This document shows, piece by piece, positions 27,782 to 38,889 of a stretch of DNA of 64,000 nucleotides; position 1 is the stretch's first letter; every line of letters begins with the position of its first letter. This DNA comes from Octopus vulgaris (lineage: Eukaryota), in assembly GCA_951406725.2 (NCBI GenBank), contig OX597816.1:39246001-39310000 (forward strand), read 5' to 3'. The position numbers and the translations under genes were made by a program. A model generated the notes under the pieces. That model searched no databases. It saw only the letters and a list, made by a program, of their open reading frames with translations, and had not been told where the DNA came from.

Positions 27782-27949
27782 ATATTGTTTAATGAACACA
27801 GTATATATTTTTATGAGCAACTAATAGTTTCATAGAATGCAATTTTCAGACATGGATGCACCAGACACGTTATAAAATGCTGTCTTGTTTTCATTGTATG
27901 AAACTCTTAGTAGTTCATAAAAGCATATACTGTGTTCATTAAACAATAT
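27782..27949. repeat. Inverted repeat / hairpin, ~53-bp arms
   Basis: atattgtttaatgaacacagtatat...gtttcata and tatgaaac...atatactgtgttcattaaacaatat are reverse complements with few mismatches. Confidence 0.9.
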
Positions 27950-29397
27950 TTATCTCACACCAGATGTAGTACTTTTTTTTTGTTGATCTTACCTTCACGA
28001 AACAGTATACTATATATTAGCATCACCATTTTATTCTCACTTTCCATACTAGGGTTGGTTGGACAATTCAACAAGATCCAGTGAGTTGGTAGATGATATT
28101 TTGCTTCAGTGTCTCAGGTTTCACATGGTTTTCATAGCTAAAATGCCCCTCCATACCACAAATCATTTTACAGAGTGTGCAGGGTGCCTTTTTCATAGCA
28201 CCATGATCGGTGAGGTTGCTTTGTTACTTGCAAGACTGAAAAACTACTACATCAAAGAAGGAAACTAGGAAGGAGTGTGGTGGCTTTACACAAGGTTTTG
28301 GAAACATTTTAAAGAATGATAAGAGTAACAAGTTTATTGTTAGCAAAAATTATTCCATTTTAACTTGGTACATTTTTTAAAATAAAATTTTATATCACAT
28401 TTTGTGAAGGAAGCCTGTCATATATACATATATATATATGTGTGTGTTTGTGTGTGTATGCTTGTGTGTCTATGTTTGTTCCCCCAACATCGCTTGACAA
28501 CTGATGCTGATGTGTTTGCATCCCCGTCACTTAGCGATTCAGCAAGAGAGACCGATAGAATAAGCACTAGGCTTACAAAGAATAAATCCTAGGGTCGATT
28601 TGCTCGACTAAAGGCAGTGCTCCAGCATGGCCACAGTCAAATGGCTGAGACAAATAAAAGAATAAAAGAAAAGAAAGAATGGTGGCTTCTGTTAGGACCC
28701 TAAGAAGGAAATGCCTAAGGACTCTACCCCAACAGCTCTCCCAGGAATAGTGACCAGAGAAGATGGAGGGGTGAATGGATACATTGCCAGGCATGTCTAT
28801 ACGGTTAATAAATTTACTTCAGAACCACATGGTTTGGGGGTTAATTCTTCTGTTTGGATGCTCTTAAATGGTGTCCTCCACTATAGCCACAGATTGTATT
28901 TATGTATGTGTGTGTTTGAATTTGTTCATATTCCCCCTCATCATTACATATGTAAGTGTGCTGACCATAAATAAAAGACTCACTCTTAATACAGATGGCA
29001 TTATTTGTTTGCAGTCCACTGCAAAAGTATGTTTGAGTTTCTTGATATGTTGCTCACTGATTATGTGTCAGCATGCAAATGGTATTGTTTGTTTTGCAGT
29101 CCTTTGTGAAAGCATGAGTGGGGTATTCATTATTTGAAACACTGGGGGATTATCAGCTTGTTTGGGAATGGATGAACGTCAGTGTGAGGAAGGGTGTGTG
29201 GCTGTAGAAAACTCCACTTCAGTGTAGTTTTAACTGATCCATGCAAACATAGAAAAGTTGGTAATAAAATAAACACAATGATGACATCTCTCTATATATA
29301 TGTATGTATGTATGTACGTATGTATGTATGTATGTATGTATGTATGTATGTATGTATGTATGTATGTATATATGTGTGTGTGTGTGTGTAATGGTGT

Positions 29398-29718
29398 GAG
29401 GGCGCGTGGCTTAGTGGTTAGGGCATTCAGCTCATGATCGTAAGGTTGTGAGTTCGATTCCCGGCGATGCGTTGTGTCCTTGAGCAAGACACTTTATTTC
29501 ACGTTGCTCCAGTCCACTCAGCTGGCAAAAATGAGTTGTACTTGTATTTCAAAGGGTCAGCCTTGTCACTCTTTGTGTCACACTGATTATCCCCGAGAAC
29601 TACGTTAAGGGTACACGTGTCTGTGGAATGCTCAGCCATTTGCACGTTAATTTCACGAGCAAGCTGTTCCATTGATCGTATCAGCTGGGACCCTCGTCGT
29701 CGTAACTGGCGGAGTCTT
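29398..29718 (+). mobile_element. tRNA-derived SINE (family D); related copies at ~15887-16205, 42246-42490, 49106-49355, 62895-63215
   Basis: A box tggcttagtgg, B box gttcgattcc, then the conserved tgtgtccttgagcaagacact...ccactcagctgg domain. Confidence 0.85.
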
Positions 29719-30341
29719 TTAGTGTAATGGTAGTCTCTCAGTAGTCCAAGAAAGATGGTTCTGCAATTTCTTCCTGAACAACTTGCACAAATGGTTTGTG
29801 TAGATCATTCTCTCCATCACATTGACATTGCCTGAACAGGTGCATGGGGTACCACGCATCAGGTTTCAAAGTGATTGCAGAGCAATGTGAGGTGAAGTAT
29901 TTTGCTCAAGAACACAATGCACCATGCATTGCCAGGAATTGAAATCACAATCTCGCAATCATGAGTGCAACACCCTAACCATTAAGCCATGTGCCTTCAT
30001 AAACACACACACACACATATATATATATACAGCAATAAGAAAATGGAGGGAATCAACAGGTGGTTCATCAACTTTTAGACATTATATTATGTTACGTTAA
30101 CTTATTTATTTATTTACTAAACTGACAATTACAATAATATACATACATGTATAGCATATTATGTTTTACATATAAGATATAAAATATATTAATATATAAG
30201 GATACCAGTAATTATTACAAAATAACATACATGAATATAAATTGGGAAAATAACTTACAGCTGTTTCAGTCAAGAGGCAAAAATACCTCATTCTACCTTT
30301 ATTACTCAAGTAGACTGAAGTAATAGGTAGATGAAATTGAG

Positions 30342-30393
<52 letters not shown>

Positions 30394-30779
30394 CTATGTA
30401 GTAGATGTATAAACAGAAAATTTAACTATTTCTTCGTAGATTGAAAAAGTGACGAACAACCGTAATCAGTTTTCAAACTTTATTGGGTTCCCATGAAATA
30501 TGTTTACATCCCTTGACTAATCTCAGAGAAGCAAGTAGCCAATCTGTTTATATACACAGCAAATCCAGTTACTTCAGAGACATAGAGCTACTAATTTGCA
30601 TACTCTAAGTATTTAACACTGTAATGAGCTTTTGCACTTTCCATTGACCTACCTAATTCCACACACAACTTTTAAGGCCTTCAGTTCATCCATCATCTTC
30701 GTTGACCGTTGACAATGACCAAGTACATCACATGGAAGAAAGAAGATTAGGCATAGTGTGTCCAGTTGTGGTAAATTAA

Positions 30780-31540
30780 TCTGATGCATGCTTGGAAAGC
30801 TCTGCTGCAGGTCAGGTGCTGGTGGTCTGTTGGAACTGAAGATGAGAATTTGGCTCTGGACTTGCACAGTTTGCAATTTCTTTGTGCTCTTGCAATCCTA
30901 TTCTATTCGTAGAAGGTGGCACCTCTGTTGGTGCAGCTTCACCAGGCAGAGCAGTTTCCATTTCCCAGGTGTCAGGACTGATCTCAAAGTTTTTCAGTGA
31001 GGCTTCGAATGTATCCTCAAAGTGTTTTTTCTATCCATTTTGCATGTGCTTGCCTCCTGCCAGTTCACTGTAAAATAGTTTCTTGGGAAGTTGCGTGTCA
31101 GGCATTCATATAAGGTGACCTGCCCACCTGATTTGCGCTCTCCTCAGCAGTGTGTAAATGCTTGTCAGATCAGCACTTGAGAGAACTTCCATGTCTGGGA
31201 CTTTGTCTTGATTTTCAGCAGCTTTCTCAAGCAGTTCAAGTGAAAGTGATTTAAGTTCTTGGCATGGTGTTTGTAAACCACCCCAGTCTTGCAGGCATAG
31301 AGTAGCATAAGCAGTACAACTGCTTAGTACACTTTCAACTTAGTGGCCACCTTAATTGCTCTCTTCTCCCACACTTATTCATGTAGCTGCCCGAATGCTA
31401 AGCTTCCTTTAGCGATGTATGTATCAACTTCATTGTCAATGTTCACAGATCTGGAGAGTGTCTACTGAGGTATGTAATCTTAACAACCTATAGAGTTTTC
31501 CCTTCAACAGAAATAGTTGGTTCCACATATGACTTCTGCA
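30780..31540 (-). mobile_element. RTE/BovB-like LINE ORF2 3' fragment, degenerate
   Basis: Minus strand reads TKLKVY*AVVL.MLLYACKTG, QIRWAGHLI*MPDTQLPKKLFYSEL and WEMET..W*. Confidence 0.8.
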
Positions 31541-33753
31541 GTTGTTGTTGTTAAGCAACAAGACGGGTAAGGGTGATTAGGTGATGTTTTAGGGCTTAGG
31601 GGCAGGAGACCCCAGACCTTGGGAAAAAAAAAACTTTGGTCATCTTGTTGTAGTCAAGGGCTCTTCATTGACGCCTGACACCACTGGGAGGTGGCCCTCG
31701 AAGTCACTGGAAATGGAGATCTCCAGGTCCAAATTCTTGAACAGCTATGACTTCTGCTGGACAGGTTGGTACCTGTCTTCTGGATAATGGTTGTGAAGCC
31801 AAAATTGTTGCAGACAGTAGAAAAGCAGTTCATGCTCTACTGCATCTGGGCTATTAAGGTATCAGTCAATTGAAGTTCTAATAGAAGATACTTGCTCAAG
31901 ATGTTCACAGAGGAATTGAATTTGGAACTATATGGTTCTATATGATCTTTGTGTGCCAGAACCAACTTACATAATTGTTTCAATCTTTCATACAACTCAT
32001 TTTAAATGAGTTTTAGTGCTCCAATGTGATAACAGTCTGTTCTGCTCCTAGTCCCCATGTAATGAAGAAATCTGCTTCACAATGTTAGGTTCCATGTTCA
32101 ATTCTATTGCACAGTGCCCAGAATTGGAATAAGACAGTTGGGCGTGGCTGTTCGGATATTGGTGATTTGGCACTGCTGACTGGATATTCGGTCTGTTTTG
32201 ATGACTACATTTTGGCACTAGAGGCAAACACACATGCACATGCATGCAGAAATATGCACATACACAGATAGAAAGAGAGAGAGAGATTACACATACAAAC
32301 ATAACTTGATGCTCTCAGACATAAACAGGGAGAAAGAAGGGGAGAGAGAGAGATGGATGGAACAAGGGAAACTGCAAAACATTTGCTGTCAAATAAGTCA
32401 GCATCAAATCATCATCGTCGTCGTCGTTTAACGTCCGTTCTCCATGCTAGCATGGGTTGGACGGTTCGACCGGGGTTCTGGGAAGCCAGAAGGCTGCACC
32501 AGGCTCCAGTCTAAATTTGGCAATGTTTCTACAGCTGGATGCCCTTCCTAACGCCAACCACTCCGTGACACAAATAACACAAATAAGCAGTGCCAAAATG
32601 TCTTATTCCCATGTGGGACAAGTATCTTCTACATTAACCTGAGGACACAATACCTGTGAGAGAAACTGAGCAGATGGGAACTGTGAAAAAGTTTGTTGGA
32701 TGGACTGTACTACTTGTTGTTGAGAGGTACACTTAGTATGTTACCCAGTTTAGCATTACCACCTGGCACTTGGGTGCTTTTATGGGGATCCACTATTGGG
32801 AGTATTTAGTTTGATCAGGAGACAACACCTGAGTCATGGATTCTTCCTCTCTTTAGTCTTATAAATCTCAAAAATCTTAAACCATTAAAAAAGGATCATA
32901 GGCACTGCCCTTCTTCTTATGACTAAGCCATATCAACCCACCTGAGACATCCTCCACCCCACTGCCCTTTCTCTTTAGTACAGATGTCTTGTTTTTCAAA
33001 ATTTTTGAATTAAAATCTTCGACCAAAACTTAGTTTATGTTCTTGACACTAACCTAATAATCCTTTCTACTAAAGCAAAAGGCCTGAAATTTTGGGGGAG
33101 GGGACTAGTCAATTACATCAACCCCAGTGTTTCACTGGTACTTAATTTATCAACACTGAAAGGATGAAAGGCAAATTCAGCCTTGGCAGAATTTGAACTC
33201 AGAATGTAAAAATGGACAAAATACTGCTAAGTATTTTGCCCAATGTGCTAACGATTCTGCCAGCTCACCGCCTTACACTAACCTAATAACAACAAAGTTA
33301 TTTTACTAAATTCTTTGTTTTGTTTCAAATTAATTGAAATAAACACAGAGTATCTCAACAGAAATATGGTAACAAAAGGGTTAAACAAAGAATCAAAAAA
33401 AAGAACTGGTAGAGATTTATATAAGGAGAATGTTGAGGGAGACTTGATTGCTATATCACTGTAGAAAAAATGCCTTCTTATTAACTTATTCATGTATGAC
33501 CTTTGCTCTAAAATTTGGCAACACAGTCAGCTGATCTCGATCACGGCACTTAACATTTTACTTGAAAATGATGTAACACTCACATGCAGTGATAGTCCAT
33601 GTCTTTTAGTGCTTTGAGATATTTATCCTACAATTAACAACATTGTAATTGTTTGTTTTTATTGTTTTAAGAGATGTTTTGTTATGCTGTTTCAATATCC
33701 ACAACTTGCTTATTTAGTGAGTGGGGTAGATTTCATTTGTAAGTATAGCATTG

Positions 33754-33803
<50 letters not shown>

Positions 33804-33976
33804 TTAATGTCCATTTTCCATGTTGGCATGGATTGGCTGGTTTGACCAGAGTTGGTGAGCCAGAGCGCTGCACCAGGTTCCAGTGTGACTTGGTTTGGTT
33901 TCTATGGTTGGATGCCCTTCTTAATGCTTGAGAAATGGTATTTTATAGTGGTGTTAGCAGGCATATGAGAAAATAA

Positions 33977-34375
33977 TCTTTATATATAAAAGTAAAGTTG
34001 TGTGTCTGTCTCCTACGATTTTTAGATTCCTAACTACTCCCACATTTTGCGGTGCAGTTTAACCAAAACCGGGTATCTTATAGTCGTGATTCATATCGAG
34101 CCCTTCTGGGTATTTGCGTGCGTCTACGATGAGTCTACGATTTAAAAAAAAATTTACCATCATTTTTTTCCATTTTAATGCATTTTTTCGCTATTATATA
34201 AGGGAAGTAACTCTCTAAAAATGTCTACGATGAGTCAACAATTTTAAAAAAATTTACCATCATTTTTTTTCCATTTTTAATGCATTTTTTTGCTATTTTT
34301 TGGCTATAACTCTCTAAAAATGCTTATATAGTTATTTCCCTTACAAACCCGAGCAACGCCAGGCAATACTGCTAG
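33977..34375 (+). mobile_element. Non-autonomous Helitron
   Basis: Termini a|TC...CTAG|t, subterminal cccgagcaacgccaggc, no TSD, and an internal ~100-bp tandem duplication. Confidence 0.85.
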
Positions 34376-34829
34376 TAATAATAATAAAACAGTATCAGAA
34401 GGCATCTAGAAGAATATAAAGGAAATTGGAATAGAGTGCCCAGTAGAACTGTTACAAAAAGTTTGCTTCCTTGATATGGCCAAAATATTCAGTAAAGTAT
34501 TAGATAGTTGAAAAGAACAGATAGCATGGTACCATAGGCTGCAGGCAAGAATCCACGAGTTCCAACAAAGCCTGAGTTAAAAATAATAATAATTATAATT
34601 TCAAATTTTGCCACAAGGGCAGCAGTTTGTGGGGAGGGGGATGAGTTGATTACATTGACCCCAGTGTTCAACTGGTACTTATTTTATCAACCTCGAAAGG
34701 ATGAAAGGTAAAGTTGACCTGTGCAGGACTTAAACTCAGAACATAACAACAAGTGAAATACTACTAAACATTTCATTCGGTGCACTAACAATTCCACCTT
34801 GAATAATAATAATAATAATAATAACAATA

Positions 34830-35435
34830 AGGCTAAGAAGGAATATATTCACAGACATGACAGAGTTGGAACCTACATACATTGGAAGCTATGCCAACAT
34901 TATGGAATAACAACAGAAAAAAGATGGTATAGGCACACACCAGAAAAGGTCACAGAAAACGAGAAAGCAACCATACTCTGGGATATGCCGATACACACAG
35001 ATAGAGAAATTAAGGCCAACAGACCAGATATAGTTGTCAGAGATCATGAAGAAAAAAATGCTTTCTAATTGATGTATCAATACCGGCAGATGACAACGTG
35101 TCTCTAAAAGAAATGGAGAAACTCTCAAAATACAAAGACCTGGAAATAGAGGTAACTAGAATGTGGAATCTGAAAACAGAAACAATTCCTATCATAGTAG
35201 GTGCATTAGGCATGATAAAAAAATATTCAGACAAATATATAACAAAAACACCAGGACTTACAAACACATATAACATACAGAAAATTGCACTACTAGGCAC
35301 TGCACACATCCTACGCAGAACACTTTCCATACAATAACCATCAGAGCATCACAACAAATCACAGCACATACCCAAGGCACACAGAGCTGCGCTCGGTAGT
35401 GAAGTGAAAGCACGCTATAAAAATAAAACTACTGA
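34830..35435 (+). mobile_element. R4/Dong-clade non-LTR retrotransposon 3' end (restriction-like endonuclease)
   Basis: RHDRV...ILWD.PIHTDREIKANRPDIVV...IDVSIP..E.EKLSKY.DL..PIIVGALG = RHD plus PD..D-type RLE motifs. One frameshift in an A run. Flanked on both sides by (AAT)n. Confidence 0.88.
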
Positions 35436-36619
35436 ATAATAACAATAATAATAATGATAATAATAACTTCCAACTTGTTGTCTCTTGAGGTCTCTGGGTG
35501 AGACTTGGAGCCAACTTGTACAAATGTAAAGCAAAAGTCAAACATAAAATAATAATAGTATAAAAGATGGTCTACAGCAAATATTCTGCTTATCATGTGC
35601 ATTGTTTTGTCTTGGTATAAAAGATAGGCTACAGCAAATATTCTGCTCAATACTACAGATTTGCTTGTCAGTTGTTTGACCTTAACCAGTCAACCATGTC
35701 CCTTAGTGGTTGACGATATGTGCATCTCTGATCATGAGCAGAAGTAGTGGGGGCAGCATCATAGCCATGTGTTGAAAGGAATTCTTGGAGGTTTGGATAA
35801 TTCACCTTTGGAAACATGGGTGTTTCGTTCAACATCCTTAAACAATCCTTATTCAGGGACCTTTTGAGTGGGATAGGCTACTCGGCCAGAAGAAAATTCT
35901 AACTGGGCCCCAACTGCAAGGTCATGCGCTGTTTATCTTGATATGAGATCACCATGTTGCACACATATGGTTGTGATGCATGTGCCTGGTGTACCCTTAT
36001 CAGACGGGTAGTCATGATGGGTATACTGGGCTTCATATATTTTACCCCAGTATCACTTTGATGGCATGCACTGCTCTCTCACTCAATAATAATGATAATA
36101 ATAATAATAATAATAATAAAGATAGCTATAGTGTTGATGTCTAGTAAAATAGCAGTATGACATTGTTGTTATATTTCAGTATTTCTGGGATACAGGAGAT
36201 TACTAAACATCTCAAGTAGATTTTTAGCTGCATCGCTCTTTTTATTTAACAATAGATTGAAGCTTATCAAATATTTTCATTAATCAAAAAATATCTCAGT
36301 GAAACATGAAAAGAAGACATACTTTATGTATTTAATTAGCAATGTAGTATAATTATTAAAATCTAATTCAAAGAAACATCAACTTCATTTGAAGTGAAGA
36401 TTGATGATAGAAGCTAAACGAAATAACAATTCTTGCAAAGTATCAATGTTGTTTATTGATTGCTCAAACAGCTGCAATTTATCAACATTTTATCCCACAT
36501 TTCATTGTAACCTCCCAACCAAACAAATATCATTCCATGAATCAACAAGGGAAATCTCAACATGGTCACTTTTCTTGCTAGAAATAGCAACAAAATCTCC
36601 CTCAAACCACACCCTGACT

Positions 36620-37275
36620 CAGTGGTTCTCAAGCCCTTTTTACCTGTGCATCCCTTAGATTACTATTTAACTCTGGTGGAACCCCATAACTATTCAATGT
36701 TTAAAAACTAGTTTTATAGACATTTCTTTTAAGATTCCTATTTTGTTTTGTCACACATTCATTTGTATATATTTCTTTACTACCCACAAAGGGCTAAACA
36801 CAGAAGGGACAAACAAGGACAGACAAAGGGATTAAGTCGATTACATCGAACCCAGTGCGTAACTGGTACTTAATTTATCGACCCCGAAAGGATGAAAGGC
36901 AAAGTCGACCTCGGCGGAATTTGAACTTCGAACGTAACGACAAACAAAATACGGCAACGCATTTCGCCCGGCGTGCTAACGTTTCTGCCAGCTCGCCACC
37001 TTGTATACATTCATTTGTATAGGTTTGCAATAACACTCACTGAGAGAACAAGTTCCAGTGGCTAGAAACATGTTGAACTATGTTGAGCATTAGAGAAAGA
37101 CACCTAGTTTTTTTTTGCAATAAGTATGTCTAAAGTGAAACTTTTTCATGAACCCTAAAAATACCAACATGGATCCTCAATCAACTATTTTGCTTTTGTT
37201 GACCCCCACCAAAATCTAACTTATGACCCCCATATAACCCCTAGGAGTCATATGGACCTCTTTTGAGAACTAGTA
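36620..37275. mobile_element. hAT-like MITE containing a SINE insertion
   Basis: Ends cagtggttctcaa ... ttgagaactagt. Internal SINE at ~36770-37001 is flanked by a duplicated acattcatttgtata. Confidence 0.65.
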
Positions 37276-37783
37276 CTGTAACATCTTAAAAAAGGACCAG
37301 CACATTGGATTATGTAATCGGGGACTGACAATTCCTTAAAAAATAATGGTAGAACACCTATCGGTTCAATGTCCTTGATCATAGGTCTGCACTACCTGGT
37401 CCAACCTTGGGTTAAATAACAACACATTAGATATTTTTAACTTCTTGATTTAGAACAGGGGTCAGGAATAGATGGGCCACAGCACACAAAAAGACAATTG
37501 AGGTGGTTCTTGGGCCTTTTCTTGAAAGTTTTTGAAATTTAATGTATTTGTGGGTCATTGACCAATTGCTGGCTTTTAGATAGTCTTTTGTGTCATGATT
37601 TGTTTCAATTTCTGCTTACATAAGCTTTGTCAGTGATAGAAATGGAGGGGGAGGTATGTGTGGATATTTTTAAATCTGTCCCCCACTGTGAAGTATTATG
37701 GGCAAGTAACTTCTAATATAGCCCCCAGACAAACCAGAGCCTTGTGAGTGGATCTAATAGAGAGAAACTGAAAGAAGTCCATC

Positions 37784-37833
<50 letters not shown>

Positions 37834-37835
<2 letters not shown>

Positions 37836-38235
37836 TGCAAGAGTGGCTGTGTGGTAAGTAGCTTGCTGACCAACCACATGGTTCCGGGTTCAGTCCCACT
37901 GCGTGGCACCTTGGGCAAGTGTCTTCTACTATAGCCTCGGGCCGACCAAAGCCTTGTGAGTGGATTTGGTAGACGGAAACTGAAAGAAGCCCGTCATATA
38001 TATGTATGTATATATATATATATATGTGCGTGTGTCTGTGTTTGTCCCCCTAGCATTGCTAGACAACCGATGCTGGTGTGTTTATGTCCCCGTCACTTAG
38101 CAGTTCAGCAAAAGAGACCGATAGAATAAGTACTGGGCTTACAAAGTATAAGTCCCGGGTCGAGTTGCTCGACTAAAGGCGGTGCTCCAGCATGGCCGCA
38201 GTCAAATGACTGAAACAAGTAAAAGAGTAAAAGAG
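37834..38235 (+). mobile_element. tRNA-derived CORE-type SINE (family A) with internal TA/TG microsatellite; copies at ~4740-5143 (-), 7681-8096 (-), 8379-8726 (-), 10090-10486 (-), 18147-18495 (+), 43398-43765 (+), 58072-58465 (-) and others
   Basis: Head gagtggctgtgtggtaag...ggttcagtccc, CORE-like ccttgggcaagtgtctt, tail (gtaaaaga)n. More than 10 copies in the window. Confidence 0.9.
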
Positions 38236-38378
38236 AAAGAAAGTATAAAACAAAAAGTTAAATTCTGGTAATAGAGTTACCAATGGTTTCACATCTACAC
38301 AAGCCACAGCCTTGTGGGATAGCTCATCAGTTTTTATATGTATATATGTATATATATATATGTATATATATATATATG

Positions 38379-38431
<53 letters not shown>

Positions 38432-38504
38432 GAGCAAAAGCCCCCCGCCCCCGTCCAATGGATGGTGCTTTTCACAAAACAACTCCCCTTTGAGAAACAC
38501 TGAT

Positions 38505-38766
38505 TTAATACCTAAATTTGAGACACCAGCAAAAGAAGAAATAAAGATAGAGTTTTTTTCTATTCCAAAGAAAAACGATTTCCCATGGCTTTATCGATCG
38601 CATTTTCACCTGGAATCAATTTTTGTAATTTTTTCAAGACTGATACATGCCCTGATACCGTCGATATCTACATATCAAATTTGAGCGCAATCGGATGGAG
38701 GATGCCCGAGATCCTAAAAGCCACACACACAGACAGACAGACAGACAGAACAGATTTTATATAAGA
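38505..38766 (-). mobile_element. Helitron/DINE-like non-autonomous fragment
   Basis: Minus-strand start a|TCttatataaaa followed by (tctg)n and an aaatttgagcgcaatcgg core. Confidence 0.55.
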
Positions 38767-38854
38767 TATACATATATATAAAATGTGACCGCGTGTGTAC
38801 TGTTGGCGATTTCTTTCCTCCGTCTTCCCTTCTCTGGATCTTTCCTTTTCTTAT

Positions 38855-38889
38855 GTTTCTGACGAAGAGCTCCGCTCGAAGCGTAAAAC
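38855..38889 (+). ncRNA. Minimal type-I hammerhead ribozyme-like motif, probably inactivated
   Basis: GTTT-CTGACGA-A-GAGC-tcc-GCTC-GAAG-C-GTA-AAAC. Stem I is GTTT/AAAC, stem II is GAGC/GCTC, and the CUGANGA core is intact. The GAAA box reads GAAG. Confidence 0.6.
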
